In this document: positions 45,815 through 59,739 of the stretch, one piece after another
Layout of the letters: each line of letters begins with the position of its first letter
How positions within the stretch are numbered: position 1 is the first letter of the stretch
Assembly: GCF_009914755.1 (NCBI RefSeq)
Contig: NC_060941.1
DNA from: the human T2T-CHM13v2.0 reference genome, Homo sapiens
Reading direction: 5' to 3' (one strand)
Length of the DNA stretch: 64,000 bases
The notes under the pieces: model-generated
Told to the model about the DNA's origin: nothing
Databases searched by the model: none
Seen by the model: only the letters and a program-made list of their open reading frames with translations
Program-made: the position numbers and the translations under genes

Positions 45815-45990
45815 GGTTTGTGTCCCTGTTTAGGCATGTGACCTTGGGCAAGTCACTAAGACCTCTGCTTCCTTTTGTGAAAGGGGCTAATCATGTCTGC
45901 TTTCAGAGTTGGGAACCTTGAATGAGATCACACACACAAAGGCACTCAGCACACCAAACGCGGGGCATCCCTCCTGTCCTGCCAGTTTGC
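45815..45990 (+). repeat. Local duplication copy 2
   Basis: as copy 1 plus 15-nt TTTTGTGAAAGGGGC. Confidence 0.92.
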
Positions 45991-46369
45991 AGGCCGTCTG
46001 AGCTCAGGTAAGCTGTCAGATGGATGGATATATGGTATCCTGGCAGTTCATGTTAGGAGTCTGTCCCTGGAGCCCTGGGGCTGGAACTGAGGTGCTGGCA
46101 GAGGTGTGGAGATGAGGGCCAGGCTGAGAGTTGCAGCATTTCTCCAAAGACCTTAGGGAAGTGAAGAAATAAATCTTTCTCAGAGATGGAGATGGGATCA
46201 ACCCTTCCCCCTACCTCAACTCTGGGCTGGGCAAGGTTGTCTGCAGAGGTTGGGGGTCCTTGCTCCCCTCTTCCAACATCCTCTTCTCCATGCACCTCTC
46301 CACAACTGACCCCTTTCCTGTTAGTCTTAATTCCTGCTGCCAAGCTACAGAACAACCCAGGGAAAAATA

Positions 46370-46510
46370 ACCACACCTGGGTAATTTTTGTGTTTTTAGT
46401 AGAGACGGAGTTTTGCTATGTTGGCCAGGCTGGTCTCGAACTCTTGACCTCAGGTGATCCGCCCGCCTTGGCCTCTCAAAGTGCTGGGATTACAGCTCCA
46501 CACCTGGCCT
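46370..46510 (-). mobile_element. Partial Alu (left arm)
   Basis: taatttttgtgtttttagtagagacgg..aaagtgctgggattacag. Confidence 0.88.
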
Positions 46511-47866
46511 GTTCTAGAGGTTTTTGATGTGCCCCTCCTGGCTCCTGGTACCTGCTTACCTGCATGAATACTTGTTAGTGCCCAGGGCTCCCCAGCCCCA
46601 TCTCCCCAACCAGCTGACTGAGGGGTGGAGCCAGGCAGGGTGCAGCTTGGGCCTGAGGATGAAGAAGCAAAGAGCCAGGAGAGCCAGCTCCCGGCCATAT
46701 ACCCATTTCTAACCTCTCTTCCCCAGGAAAGGGGCAGTAGGAAGCAGTGTGGTGGAGTGGAAAGAGAGTGGGTGTTGGACTTGGCCAGGCTGGGTTCAAA
46801 TCCTCACTAGCTGGGGGTGTCTGGGGCAAGATGGGATGGTAAGAGGACCTAGCCTGTGGGGTGGGCATGCAACCTTCATGGGATAATCTGTGTCAGGTGC
46901 CTCCAACTGTGAGTCCAAGCCTGTCCAAGTCTCAGTTAACGAGGATTTGGGCAATTTTGTGCTCCCCCCCACTGCCATCTCCCCACCCCAATTCTTTCTC
47001 AGCTCATTGATTGATTGATTGGGTGAAAGGATCATGGAGAGGATGCCATCCAGTTGGAGATATGGTGTGAGCTGAAAATCCCAGAGTAAATGTCCTTTCC
47101 AGGACAGCAGAGACGAAAAGAGCTTTTCTGGCTGGGAGATTCCAAGAAGGCTTTGTGAAGAAGGAGCAGCATTAACCCGAGTTTCTCAGTGGGCTCAGAC
47201 TTACAGGTGGAGAAGGGAAGGGGATGCGGTGGGAGGAATGGCATGGGCAAAGGCCTTCAGTGAGAAAGCTGGGCACACAGCCGTAAAATGGCTGTGAATA
47301 GGCTGCTTTCCTAGAGCAAAGGGTAAGTGCGGTAAAACGGAAAGGGCGTTGTTCCCAATTCCTGGATTATTAAAACAAAAGCGGGATATATTGGGAAAAG
47401 AGTAGGAGGCTGAATTATTTGGATAATTACAAAACTGTTCCCTTGAATCCCCGATTTGCTTTGCTCCCTGTGGGTGGCTTGCCTCCTTTCTCCTTCACCG
47501 CGGGGATCACAGGCTTCAGAAACCCTGAGGGGAATGTCCCCAGAGAAGAGCCCCTCCCGTCTCCCCTTCTCCCTCAGGTCGTCACTTTGCCTCCTTAACC
47601 CCACTCCCACTCCTCAAAGGAAGAAGGTGGTGTTGGAGGAAGACTGGAGGGGGAGCCCCCTATCTGAGGTCCCCAGACTGTCTTCAGAGAAAGGGAGGAG
47701 CAGCCTCAGCTTGGCGTCTGGGGCCCTGTTTCATCCTTGGGTCCGTGAGGGAAGAGGATTCTGCTCCCTGCCAGAAACATTCCTGTAGAGTATTTGCATT
47801 ACATCCGGCTCACACCCTCTTCCTTCGAAGAACAGATACCAGGAGATGGTGTTTGGGCAGGGGGAT

Positions 47867-48045
47867 GGAGGAAGGAGGGAGAGAGGAGAGGGAGGAGGGG
47901 ACGAAGAGGAAGAGGAAGAAGACGACAAAGAGGAGAAGAGGAGGAGGAAGAGGAAGAAGAGAAGGGGAGGAGGAAGAGGAGGAAAGAGCAGGAAAAGGAG
48001 GAGGAGGAGGAAGGGGAGAAGGAGGAGGGGAGGAGAGGGAGGAGG
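47867..48045. repeat. (GAG/GAA)n polypurine low-complexity tract
   Basis: ~180 nt almost purely G/A. Confidence 0.92.
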
Positions 48046-50198
48046 CGTAGGCAGCCAGCTGTCAGAGCTGCTTATTTTATTTTTCTTGCTCCTGGAGCAG
48101 GCTGGCAGAGCAGTCCCCGATAGCAGCAGGAATGAAGAACATGGGCCGAAGGAGGAGATAATTTAGGCCTGTTTCCCTGGCTGATTCCGCTGTGCCTCCT
48201 TCTATCTCTCTGCCTCTGATTCTCTCCTCCTCTGTCTCTCTCATGGTCTCTGAAGGAGATGAATTCCAGGTGACTCTCCGGGCTCCACTGTGCTTCCTGG
48301 GAGCTGCGCGCTGGGGGTGATGTTTGTCCCTTCTCACTGTAGACTGAGCTTGGGATTTCTCAGCCCCCAGTTACTTAGATGTGGCTTTGGTCCTCTTTGG
48401 GGCCCTAGGGTGGGTGGGGAGCCCACATTTTCTCTCTCCCCCATTCTTCTAGAGCCCAGCCAGCCTCCATGGGCCACCAACTACATCCTCCATGGAGAAT
48501 CTTCAAAGCTCTAGAGCCCCTATTCCCAAACCATTTCCTGTCTTTTTTATTACATGGACTTACTCCAAAAAGGAGCGAAAGAACTTGTACATGTTTCCAT
48601 TCTGATCAGTTCTTTCTGGATTTTCCGGGCATTTTTGTTACCAGGTGTCTGAAAGATCCTGAGTGCTATGAACTGGCTTTCACATCTGCGACCTGCTGTA
48701 GCCCTCCCACAACACTGGGCCCAGGGGTGTTGATTTTCTTTTACAAATGGGGCAACTAAGGCATGTTAACAGCTGAGCCTAGGTTTGAACCTGGTTCCCC
48801 CTGTGCTGGTGCAGAGCTGTTTCCCCTGGGATATATGTCTCCAGTGTCACTGCCCTTCCACTGGGTTTCCTGCTTTTACCTAACATCGACTCACACGGTC
48901 ATTTTCGGGGTGGCAGGGCCTCCTGTCTTGTCGTTTTAATGGCCACATGGCATTCCATCATGTTGATGGATCATTTTGTTTGGTCACTCCCTCATCGTTG
49001 GATATGTGTGAGGTGTCTAATTTCTTGCTATAATAAATGCAACTGCTGTATTTTGTTCAAATTACTGTTGTTATCTTCATCCCCTGTATGTTCCACGAGT
49101 ACGTTCAGGAATGGAAACCAGGACTCTTTGTCTCAACAGGGTCTGGGGTGGTGGTCAGTACCTAGCGTACTGACCCAGAACATGATCAAAGCAGGGATGG
49201 GTGGCAGCCACCTCTTGGGGCTGCCTTGGATTCACCTCCAGCCAGAAGAAGCTACAATGCCCCCTTTAGGGGCTGGCACATTGATGCACTGTAAATTCTC
49301 CATGTGCACATGTGGCAAAGTCTGGACCCACTTCATTGATACATAACATGGTTTATTTCAATGTTACTCAGAGCCACCACCACCACAAAATCTGGGGGGT
49401 GAAAGGACCCGTAGTATAAATCTGCACCAAACATTAGCCAGGGAATTTAATATTAGTCAAATGGCCAATGTTATCATTAACTGGCTTAACACAGAAACTG
49501 CTAATGGATTTCTCAAAACAAGTAACAAGGCTTAGAGAATAGACTAAATGTTATAACCATAAAGTTCAGTCTTTAGCCATAGCATCTCTATTTGGTGGAA
49601 AGCGTACATTTTATGAACAAAGTGAGTAATTTGGGAAAAAGGATCAAAGACAGGAGGAGACCCTTGTTTCAGTTCCAGTGTAAAGGGAGGTTGGTGGCGC
49701 AGGTGGCGAGTGGAGTTAGGAATTCAGATGGCCTTCCGGGGATGTGGGGCTCTAAGAGCTGGCAGAGGAGGGAAGCAGAGGGCCCTGGTCACTGAAGGGA
49801 TGAGGAAGCAGCAGATCCTCCTGATCCAGGGGGAGGTGAAGGCACAGAGCAGGAAGGGACTCGCCTGGGGTCAGGATTGGATTCCTGTGGAGTTCCAAGC
49901 ATCTGAGCCAAGCTGCCTCCTGGTTTCGCAAAGCATGGATATTAATAAGGGTGATTAGTAATCATGACGTGTGAATAATAAGGGGATGGTTAATTGTCCT
50001 GGTTATGATGAACAGCAGTCACTGGGAGAGGGTGGGGGAGCTGGGACCCCCAACACACACTTACACACACTTGCTCCTATATGAATCGTTCCTGGCTGCT
50101 GCTTACAAGGCAGCAGAACCAGCAAGCTAGAAGGGGGTCTGTATTTTTTTAATATAAAACCTAATAAGGCCGAATTTAAAAATTCATTTATAATTTCC

Positions 50199-50355
50199 TG
50201 GCTGGGTGCAGTGGCTCACACCTGTAATTCCGGTGCTTTGGGCAGCTGAGGTGGGAGGATTGCTCGAGCTCAGGAGGTAGAGGTTGCAGTGAGCTATGAT
50301 AACGCCACTGCACTCCAGCCTAGGCGACAGAGCCAGACCCCATCTCTAAAAAAAA
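50199..50355 (+). mobile_element. Alu monomer (FRAM/FLAM/AluJ-like)
   Basis: monomer-length sense Alu. Confidence 0.85.
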
Positions 50356-50453
50356 GATAATAATAATAATTTCCTTTTATACCGTTGTGAAAGGACACAT
50401 TCACAGCAGAAACTCTGGAAAATATACAAATATATAAGGAAGAAAACAGAAAC

Positions 50454-50520
50454 CACTGTAAACATTTTGTAAACACTGTAAACATTTTGTAAACACTGTA
50501 AACAATGTATATTGTAAACA
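50454..50520. repeat. 20-bp tandem repeat x2.5 (CACTGTAAACATTTTGTAAA) plus one further TGTAAACA, six copies in all
   Basis: direct reading. Confidence 0.9.
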
Positions 50521-50584
50521 AATATACATTGGAGGTGTATATGCTCCAGACTTTTCTTCCATGCATACATAAATATAGGCATAA

Positions 50585-50887
<303 letters not shown>

Positions 50888-52174
50888 TATGAACTGTATT
50901 TGAAACAAAACATAATTAGGATAGTATTCTGCATGGCATTTGGTAACTTGCATTTTTTTTTCTAACTTACAGATACTTCATGTGCTCTTCTCCATGGCAC
51001 TAAATGGTCTTTGAGAATATGGCTTTTTAATGAGGGGAACATTATTTGGGGCAATGGGGACTCTGTTAGGAAAGAAGTCCATCCTTTCTTGCCTCCCCCA
51101 GTTAGGAACGCTGCAAGGTCTTCGGGAAGGTGATGCTGGGGTGGGGCGGGTTACCTGGTGGGTCCTTGTGGTCAGGAAGTGGGGCAGAGAAGGGGGCAGG
51201 ACTGCTTCAGAACCTGAGCTTGATGGAGGAAAATGTCTACTGAAAACAGTTTTTCCTCATACTCAGCTGAGGGTGGACAGCAGCCAGAATCCTTCACTGG
51301 GCATGGTTAGAGCCTGATACCGGTGTTAGTACATGGTCCTAGAAACATCTTTGAAGCCTTCTGAGCCTCAGTTTCCCCATCTGTATGCAGAGGAAGCAGC
51401 AACTATCTCTTGCTCACCTCCTGGTGGACTGTCATCAAGGACTGAGATACGAGCCCACGTATGAAGTCAAAAAATACTGAAGATGGAGCTCCCATCAGGT
51501 AGAAAGAAATGGGACAGACCTCAGGGTTACAGAAGAGAGGCCAAGAGACCTAGCCTTCCCACTGGCCACCTGTGAGACCCAAGGGAAGCCCTGTCCTCTT
51601 GCCCGAGACTTGCATGTAAACTGCAGGGCTGCACTCGGCAATCTCTAAGTATCCTGAGAGCTCCCAGATCTGCACTTCTCTGATAGGCCAAGCTGGGTCT
51701 GGCTACAGACGTTCAGGACACCTGGCTAGTGCTGGGGTGAAGGAGGGTCAGTGCTGCTGCTGCCTCAGGGCCCTGTTCTTGGGGAAGGGGTCACAGCTGG
51801 AGCCACAGACCCTCTATGTCATGGTTGAGCCACTCTGGAGAGAACATCTTCTGGTTTTGGGGGTGGAGATGGGGGAGTGTGTGTGATTTCATCTTTCCTA
51901 AAAATGGGAAAGAAATCACATGACAGGAAAGGATGGTCTAACTTCAAGGGCTTGCCCACCAATACCAGGAAGACTCTGACTGCCTCCTACTAAGCCCACC
52001 TTCCCCTATCTCAGCATTGCTAAGCACCCCTCTGCATTCATGGACTGATGGCAGATGGGGCACCGTAGAATCACTGGTACCTACATAGCTGTCACTTTGT
52101 CGGCATTCTTATGCCATTTTTTTCTTCCACCCCACCCCTCTTATGCAATTTTTATCCATTCGTTTATTAATCCA

Positions 52175-52270
52175 CTCGATACATGAGAAGTATCCACTGT
52201 CTATTTCTCGATACATGAGAAGTATCCACTGTCTATTTCTCGATACATGAGAAGTATCCACTGCCTATTT
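52175..52270. repeat. 32-bp minisatellite x3 (CTCGATACATGAGAAGTATCCACTGTCTATTT)
   Basis: three head-to-tail units, one substitution in unit 3. Confidence 0.95.
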
Positions 52271-52402
52271 GACCTACTGGCTCTGTGACCATGGGCAAAG
52301 TGCTTCAGTTTCCTGTCTTCAATGTCCTCGTCTGTAAAATGGGTCTATTGTAATGCAACAAGTTAATGAATATTGTTAATGTAACAAGTAAAATGAAATA
52401 GT

Positions 52403-52781
<379 letters not shown>

Positions 52782-54134
52782 TCATCATCACCACCATCAT
52801 CATCATTACTGCTACTCCTGCTGTTGTGTGCCAGGCACTGTGGGTAAAGTGAAGGCCGAGACACAGTCCCTGCTTTCAGGGAATGCATAATCAGCTGCTT
52901 TCTCTGGGAGCTCCAAAGAAGGGAGTGCAGTAGAATTTTGACAGGCAGCCCCTCCACTCCATGCCGGCTCCCAGCTGTGGCTCCCCCAAGACGTGACCCC
53001 TGCCACCAAGACCCAGGCCAGTGTGTGGCTTCACCCAGTCCTTAAAAAGAACCAGCCCCTCCCCCCAGCTCCCTCTCCATTGCAGCAGCACGAAGGCTGC
53101 TTGGAGAGGTGACAAAAAATTAAAATTAAAGCTAAATTAAAAAGAAGATTCCCATTTCCTCTCCCCATCGCACTTTCCACCTTAATTTTATCGCATCTTC
53201 CTTCTCATTTTATTGACTTTTAGAAGCATTGCCACAAGATTTAGTGTGGAGCAGGAGGAGAGGTAATAAATGTGGTGCTCCTCTTGCCTCCAATTAATTC
53301 TTCCAGGGGGCGGGGGTAGGTAGAGAAGAGGTGGCTGCCCCTGGATGTGAAGCCCCAGGAAGAGGGATGCTTTAAGACCACAGAGGTGGGGGAGATACCT
53401 CATGGTGGAAGTGATGCTAGCTTTGGTTTTTGTCCCTTCCCTGGACTCGTTTCCTGATGGCCGAGAGAAAGAGAATCAGTCCCAACCATGCTAATCAGGC
53501 CAGAAAACAGAAATCAGAATTCACACTCTCCCTGATCTAGCTTTAAAAATAACTCCAGAAATCCCTCCTCCCAAACTCCACCCATATTTCTTGGGATGAA
53601 GATTCCCCACCCGCCAAACAGATCTTTACTTAATTTTATTTTATTTCATGCACTCTTGGTACAAGGCATTTTTTCTTTCCCCCATCCTCCCTTCTTTCTT
53701 CCTCTATTTTTTTTTTGCTTCTCCCACCGCCGCCCCCATCTCTAATATCATTTTCACCCGCCCACAGAGACCCTATGTGTTTGTAATTTTCTTCTGACCC
53801 TAATGGCTCTGGTTTCCCCTCAGTATTTAAGCGGAACAAGACAGAGGTAAGTGGCAAATAAACAGCAGTTCCTATTTATGCTGCCAATTTCGGTTGATGT
53901 TGGAAAGTCTGCCTTTAAATTAACTCTGCTGCTGTCTGATGCAGAGGAATGTCTGCCAGGCACGGAGAGCAGCCGGCTCCCTGCTGCCCAGTGCAGCCCC
54001 TCACCCTATTACCTGCCCGGGTTAGCTGGAGGATTGGGTGGTGGGTGGGTGTGGAGAGCTGGTGCCCAAAGTGGTTTATTTTTTTTAAACAGGCCACTTC
54101 CCTCTTCTTGGCTTTGGCCTTTCACCTCCATAGG

Positions 54135-54262
54135 CCAGTGGTTCTCCAAGTGTGGTTCCCTGGCCAGCAGCATCAGGGACATGTTAAACATGCAAATTCT
54201 CTAGCCACCCCAGACCTACTGAATCAGAAACTCTGGGGGTGGAATCCACCCATTGTGTTTTT
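54135..54262. mobile_element. MER5A-type hAT relic
   Basis: ccagtggttctccaagtgtggt..agcagcatcag..atgcaaattct..ccccagacctactgaatcagaaactctggggg. Confidence 0.82.
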
Positions 54263-54267
54263 TAAAA

Positions 54268-55297
<1,030 letters not shown>

Positions 55298-55699
55298 TCT
55301 GGTGCTTCCCGGCGTCATTCCCATCTTCCTGAAGAGCCACCCTGGCCTCGCCACCTCAGTCAGTCAAATCACTTGTGCAAAGGCTCCTTCCCCTGGGCTC
55401 TGGACTCCGTAGGAATCCATCCCATTAACAGCTCCCCAGATAAACCCAGTTTGAGACAGTTCCTTAAGCTCTGGGTACTCAGTTTTCCAGACTGGTGAAG
55501 GCTGTGAGAATGCTGACCCTCAGGGATGCGCGGGGGGCGGAGGGCGGGGGGGCTTCCCTGGCTGGTGCTCTCATTCCAGGCAGGCAGAGGTTAGGGAAGC
55601 GTATCTTCCCTAACCTCTGTCTGCCCCATTTTCCACTAAAGTTATTTTGGGCTCCCAGTAGGTCGCTGGGTGGACTTTACCTCCCACTTCGACATCCTG

Positions 55700-56710
55700 C
55701 CCTGTCACCTGGCTCTTCTCCTTGGCTCGGCCTGCCTTCCCCTCTGGAACCCGCCGCCTCCACAGCGCGCCTCCAACACCGCTGTCTCTGCCCCGCGCCC
55801 CAGAGCGCTCCCAGCTTTCTTTCCTACCCTTCCCATGAGTGGAGCCGGGCCTGGGGCGCCTTAGGCGGTGACGATCTGCAGAAGTCTTTGAGAATGCAAG
55901 ATCTTTTGGAGCCTTCGGTCCGCCAGGGCCGGGTCCAGTCAGGACGCCCCGCTCAGACCCCTTCCCAGCCTGGGGTGGGCCCAGGCCCGTCTGCCCCCAC
56001 TGCCTTGTGTTCCAGGAGCCCCCGCTCGGAGCCCAGACCCGGTGCCCGAAGATGAGAGTGCCGCTTCTCTCCGTCGGGTGAGAAGCCAGCCCACGTCCCG
56101 CCGGCCAGGCACGGTGTCTCTCGGGGCGCCCCACGGGAACCCCTGTGCCTCCATCGGCGCCCTCGGCGGCGGGGCAGTCTTGGCGCTCTCCCCTCGCCCC
56201 TGGCCCAGGCCCGGCTCGCGGGTGTAGCTCTTCCTAGGGCCCCCTCCGCTTTCCGGGCCGCGCGTCCGCCCCGCATCGCGGCGGCTCCTCGGCAGTGTTT
56301 GTTTTTATTGGACGCACAGTGACCGTGACGGGCACGGGGCGCGAGCTCTCATCACCACAATGGGTGTGCATGGCGCGGGGCGGGGGGCGCTGCCGGCCTC
56401 GAGCGAGGGAGGGGAGAGGAGGGGGTGCGCCCGTGCCCTGCCCGCCCCGAGTTCCCGAGTCCGCGCCCCACCACCGCAGCGAGCCGCCCTTCTGGGCCGC
56501 TCCTCTGTTTTCCTTTCCCATCCGTTCCCTTTGCCTCGGCTGCTCGGAGACATGTCTGGTGGCGATCGGGGACCCAGAGCCCGGCAGCCGCTCCTGTCCC
56601 TGTCCCTGCGATCCCTGTCCCTTCCCTTTGTCTCCCCGCGCAGCGCTCTCCGCCGCGGAAACTTCGCGTGACACAAACTCCTGGGGTGACAGCGGAAAGG
56701 GGAGCGTGTA
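55700..56710. promoter_or_regulatory. Orphan CpG island
   Basis: ~1 kb of very high GC and CpG density, non-repetitive, no recognisable coding exon. Confidence 0.85.
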
Positions 56711-59700
56711 CCTTGTGAATTAAGAGATTTAGTCACTTGTGGAATGACTTTATTTTATAGCGACTTCCTCCCCGACTGAGTGATGTTGCATGCATTGGTT
56801 GTATTTATAACTTAATAGCTTTTCTCAATTTTATTATACTTTTTATGATACTTGTGGCTTTATGGGACTTCATAATTTTTCTCAGATTCATTAAATTCAG
56901 CTGAGGGTGGAGCTCATGACGGGAGCAGATACCCGACTCCAGGATGGCAGGGGGAGCAGGCGGGGTGCCACTCTCTCCACCCTCTGCCCCTCCTCAGTTA
57001 CTGGGCGTTTTAATGACTGCTGGTGGCTGTGGTAGTGGTGGCGGCGGTGGTGGAGGCGGAGGCACGGTGTCTCTCGGGTGATCTTGGCTTAGTTTTCTCA
57101 TCTGGGATGTGGGATTTGCAGGGAAACCTGCCTCAGAGATTCCTGGCTGTTTCTCAGGCAGCGGCCCACTTTTGGTGACAGACTGTGTCTGATCTAGGCT
57201 TGTCCCCAGTTCCCTCGCTGCCCTTCCTCTCTGGTTCTTTCCAACACTAACTCCTAGAATCAGAAACGCTTCCAGATGTCCCAGTCCAGCCTCCTCACTC
57301 CACAGATGGGAAGACCTAGGCTCAGAGAGGTGCCACTCCAGAATCAGGGGCAGGCAGACCGCTTCACTCCACTGCTCTCTGCTGTCTCCAGGCAATGGCC
57401 GCAGACTCTAGCTTTGCCCTCAGCTTCCTTCCTGCCTCCAAATTTAATGTCCTGTTATGGTCTCAGAGGGAAGAGTATCATCATCATAATAGTTAATATT
57501 GATAGAACACACACAATTATGTTCTTTAATCTTCACAACAGCCCTGCCAGAGTAGCTACTAGTGTTTACCATTCTACAGATGAGGCAGCAGAGGCACAAA
57601 CAGATGAAACCATTTGCAGAATAAGTGGCAGTGCTGGGGTGGAGAGACTCAAGGCTACTGTACTCTGTGGTGACCTCATCTGTGGTACTCTGCGACCACA
57701 GTCACAGCTAAGCGGATTATTTGCACATTTTCCTGATGACTTCTCTCTCTCAGAATTCTTTTTTTGTTGGAAGGAGGTGGGTGGGAAGAGCAAATAGTCC
57801 AGAGGATAAATTAACAGAGCAGGGGCTCTTAATTCCAGAGCTGTGATCTTGGTTGACAGAGTGGGAGAAGGCAGAAGGGGATGTGGGTCAGCTGTGGGTG
57901 GAGAGGATGGTGGGGGCACTGGCACGAGTGTCTCTGCTGCCCTCAGGCTTTCTGGCATCCAGGATGGTAGTGATTACTGATAGATGGCAACTTTAATCAA
58001 GTGCCAACCCCTGCCCTGCTCAGAGCCTTCCAGGGGCTTGTAGACCTCTTTTATTTCTGAGACTCTAATACATTTAAAAATGAAGAGATACCAGGCAGGG
58101 TTGCAAAAGTGTCATCTGATTTGCATTCCACAAGTTAACACTTTTAACTCAACAATAGACGATGCATATAGTTGTACCACTCACAGGATCATTTCAAGGC
58201 TTAAAAGATGGTGAATGTAAGGTAAGTTCCAGGGCAGCAGGTGTACTCATCCCCTGTCTTGGTCCCTGCTGTAGCTCCCGCATCTAGAGCAGTGCTTGGC
58301 ACGCAGGAGGTGCCCCATCATCTTGGCTGCTGCTCTGATGAGTGAATGATGCACACTAGCATGGGCTGAGAGACTCCAGCTTAAACCTATGGGAGAAACA
58401 CCTTCTTTCAACCCTGTTGGGGTATCCCTGTGGCTGTCAACAGACCCCATTTGGAGATTATGGTAAAAGGATAAATTGGGGCCTTTGGTGGCTTTGAGGC
58501 CGGAGTGCTGTGGCCAGCCTGCCCCCTCCCCCCTAGCCCTTGTCCCACACAGGCCTTGTTGCTCCCCTTGCCAGCCCTTCTCAGGGTTTGCCTCTCTAAG
58601 GGAGTCTTCCTGGGCCAACCTTGACAAATCCATAACCCCCTGATCCTGTTACTTAAAGGATCAGTCTCAATCAGAGGTTCCTGGACCCTTGCACTGCAGA
58701 CCCTCATGCGGGAGGGGGCCCTGGAATTCTTGCATGGAGGTCTTTCGACCACTAGGTCTGCCTAACTATACTTGGAGACCAACAGAAGCCCTGTCGTGTT
58801 GATGTCTGTGTTTTTATTTTTATTTTTTCCAAGACTATTGTGAAGAGTAAATTAAAATTCTTTAAAAGTGTTCCTGGATTTATTGTAGCTTTGGGTCATC
58901 AGGCATTTCCTCAATCAACAGATGTTAGAAGTACAACCACTAGTGTGCAGGTGACTGCATGTGGCTGGTGGGGTAGTGAGTAACTTTTGGATGCTAAAAA
59001 GGATCTTTGGAATCTGGAGAGTTGGACACTCCTGCTTAGAGGATGCTGTCTTCGTGTGTTCACAACTGCCAGGTTAACTACTCACATGGTGTGGTGATGG
59101 TATGTTGTATATGTGATCAGAAAGTATACTCAGTCTCTCAGATGAGACTGCAGGAAGGCAGTGGTGGAAAGGGTGTGGAGTCAGGGGGCCTAGGTTCGAA
59201 CCCTTGCTCTACTTGTGAACTAGAGAGACATCTTGCGCCAAACCATGACCTCTTTTAAGTCTTAGTTTCCTCACCTATAAAATAGGTGAAGTAAAACCAT
59301 CTCTGTCAAGGGGTGATGATGACCAGGAAAAAGCTTGTTAATTAGCGAATGCCAAATCAGTTGTCACAATGGTAAGCATCAGCCATCAAATTCTTTACGT
59401 ACATGCAGTGGGCTCTCTGCAAGTCAACTGGCCCAGCCCATCAGAAAATGTAACAGTCCCTGCTGGCTCCTACCTTGCCTGGCTCCCCAGCCTGAATGGG
59501 AGCTGTGCCCCATGCTTACTCTGCTCGGAGCCTCCATTATGGGCCTTGAGTGCAGGACCCTCAAGATGCATTTGTAATTTTTATTGTTATATCTTTTAAT
59601 TTTATTTCACTCTCTCCGCTGTCTTGAGCAGGGGAGATAGGGAGCTGGTATTTATTGCTGTTGCTGCGACCTACCTCTTGGAACGTATGTATCAGTTAAT

Positions 59701-59739
59701 TTAATCTCCTCTCGTTTTATTTAAACTGTTTTTCCTGAT

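Noticed and set aside
47745-48166. Glu/Arg/Gly-rich ORFs
   Set aside because: Translations of the polypurine tract
52175-52270. CRISPR-like 32-bp repeats
   Set aside because: Units are head-to-tail with no spacers, no cas genes, human DNA; it is a minisatellite
55495-56736. Many overlapping 100-186 aa ORFs
   Set aside because: Stop-poor GC-rich island; Pro/Arg/Gly-rich translations with no recognisable family
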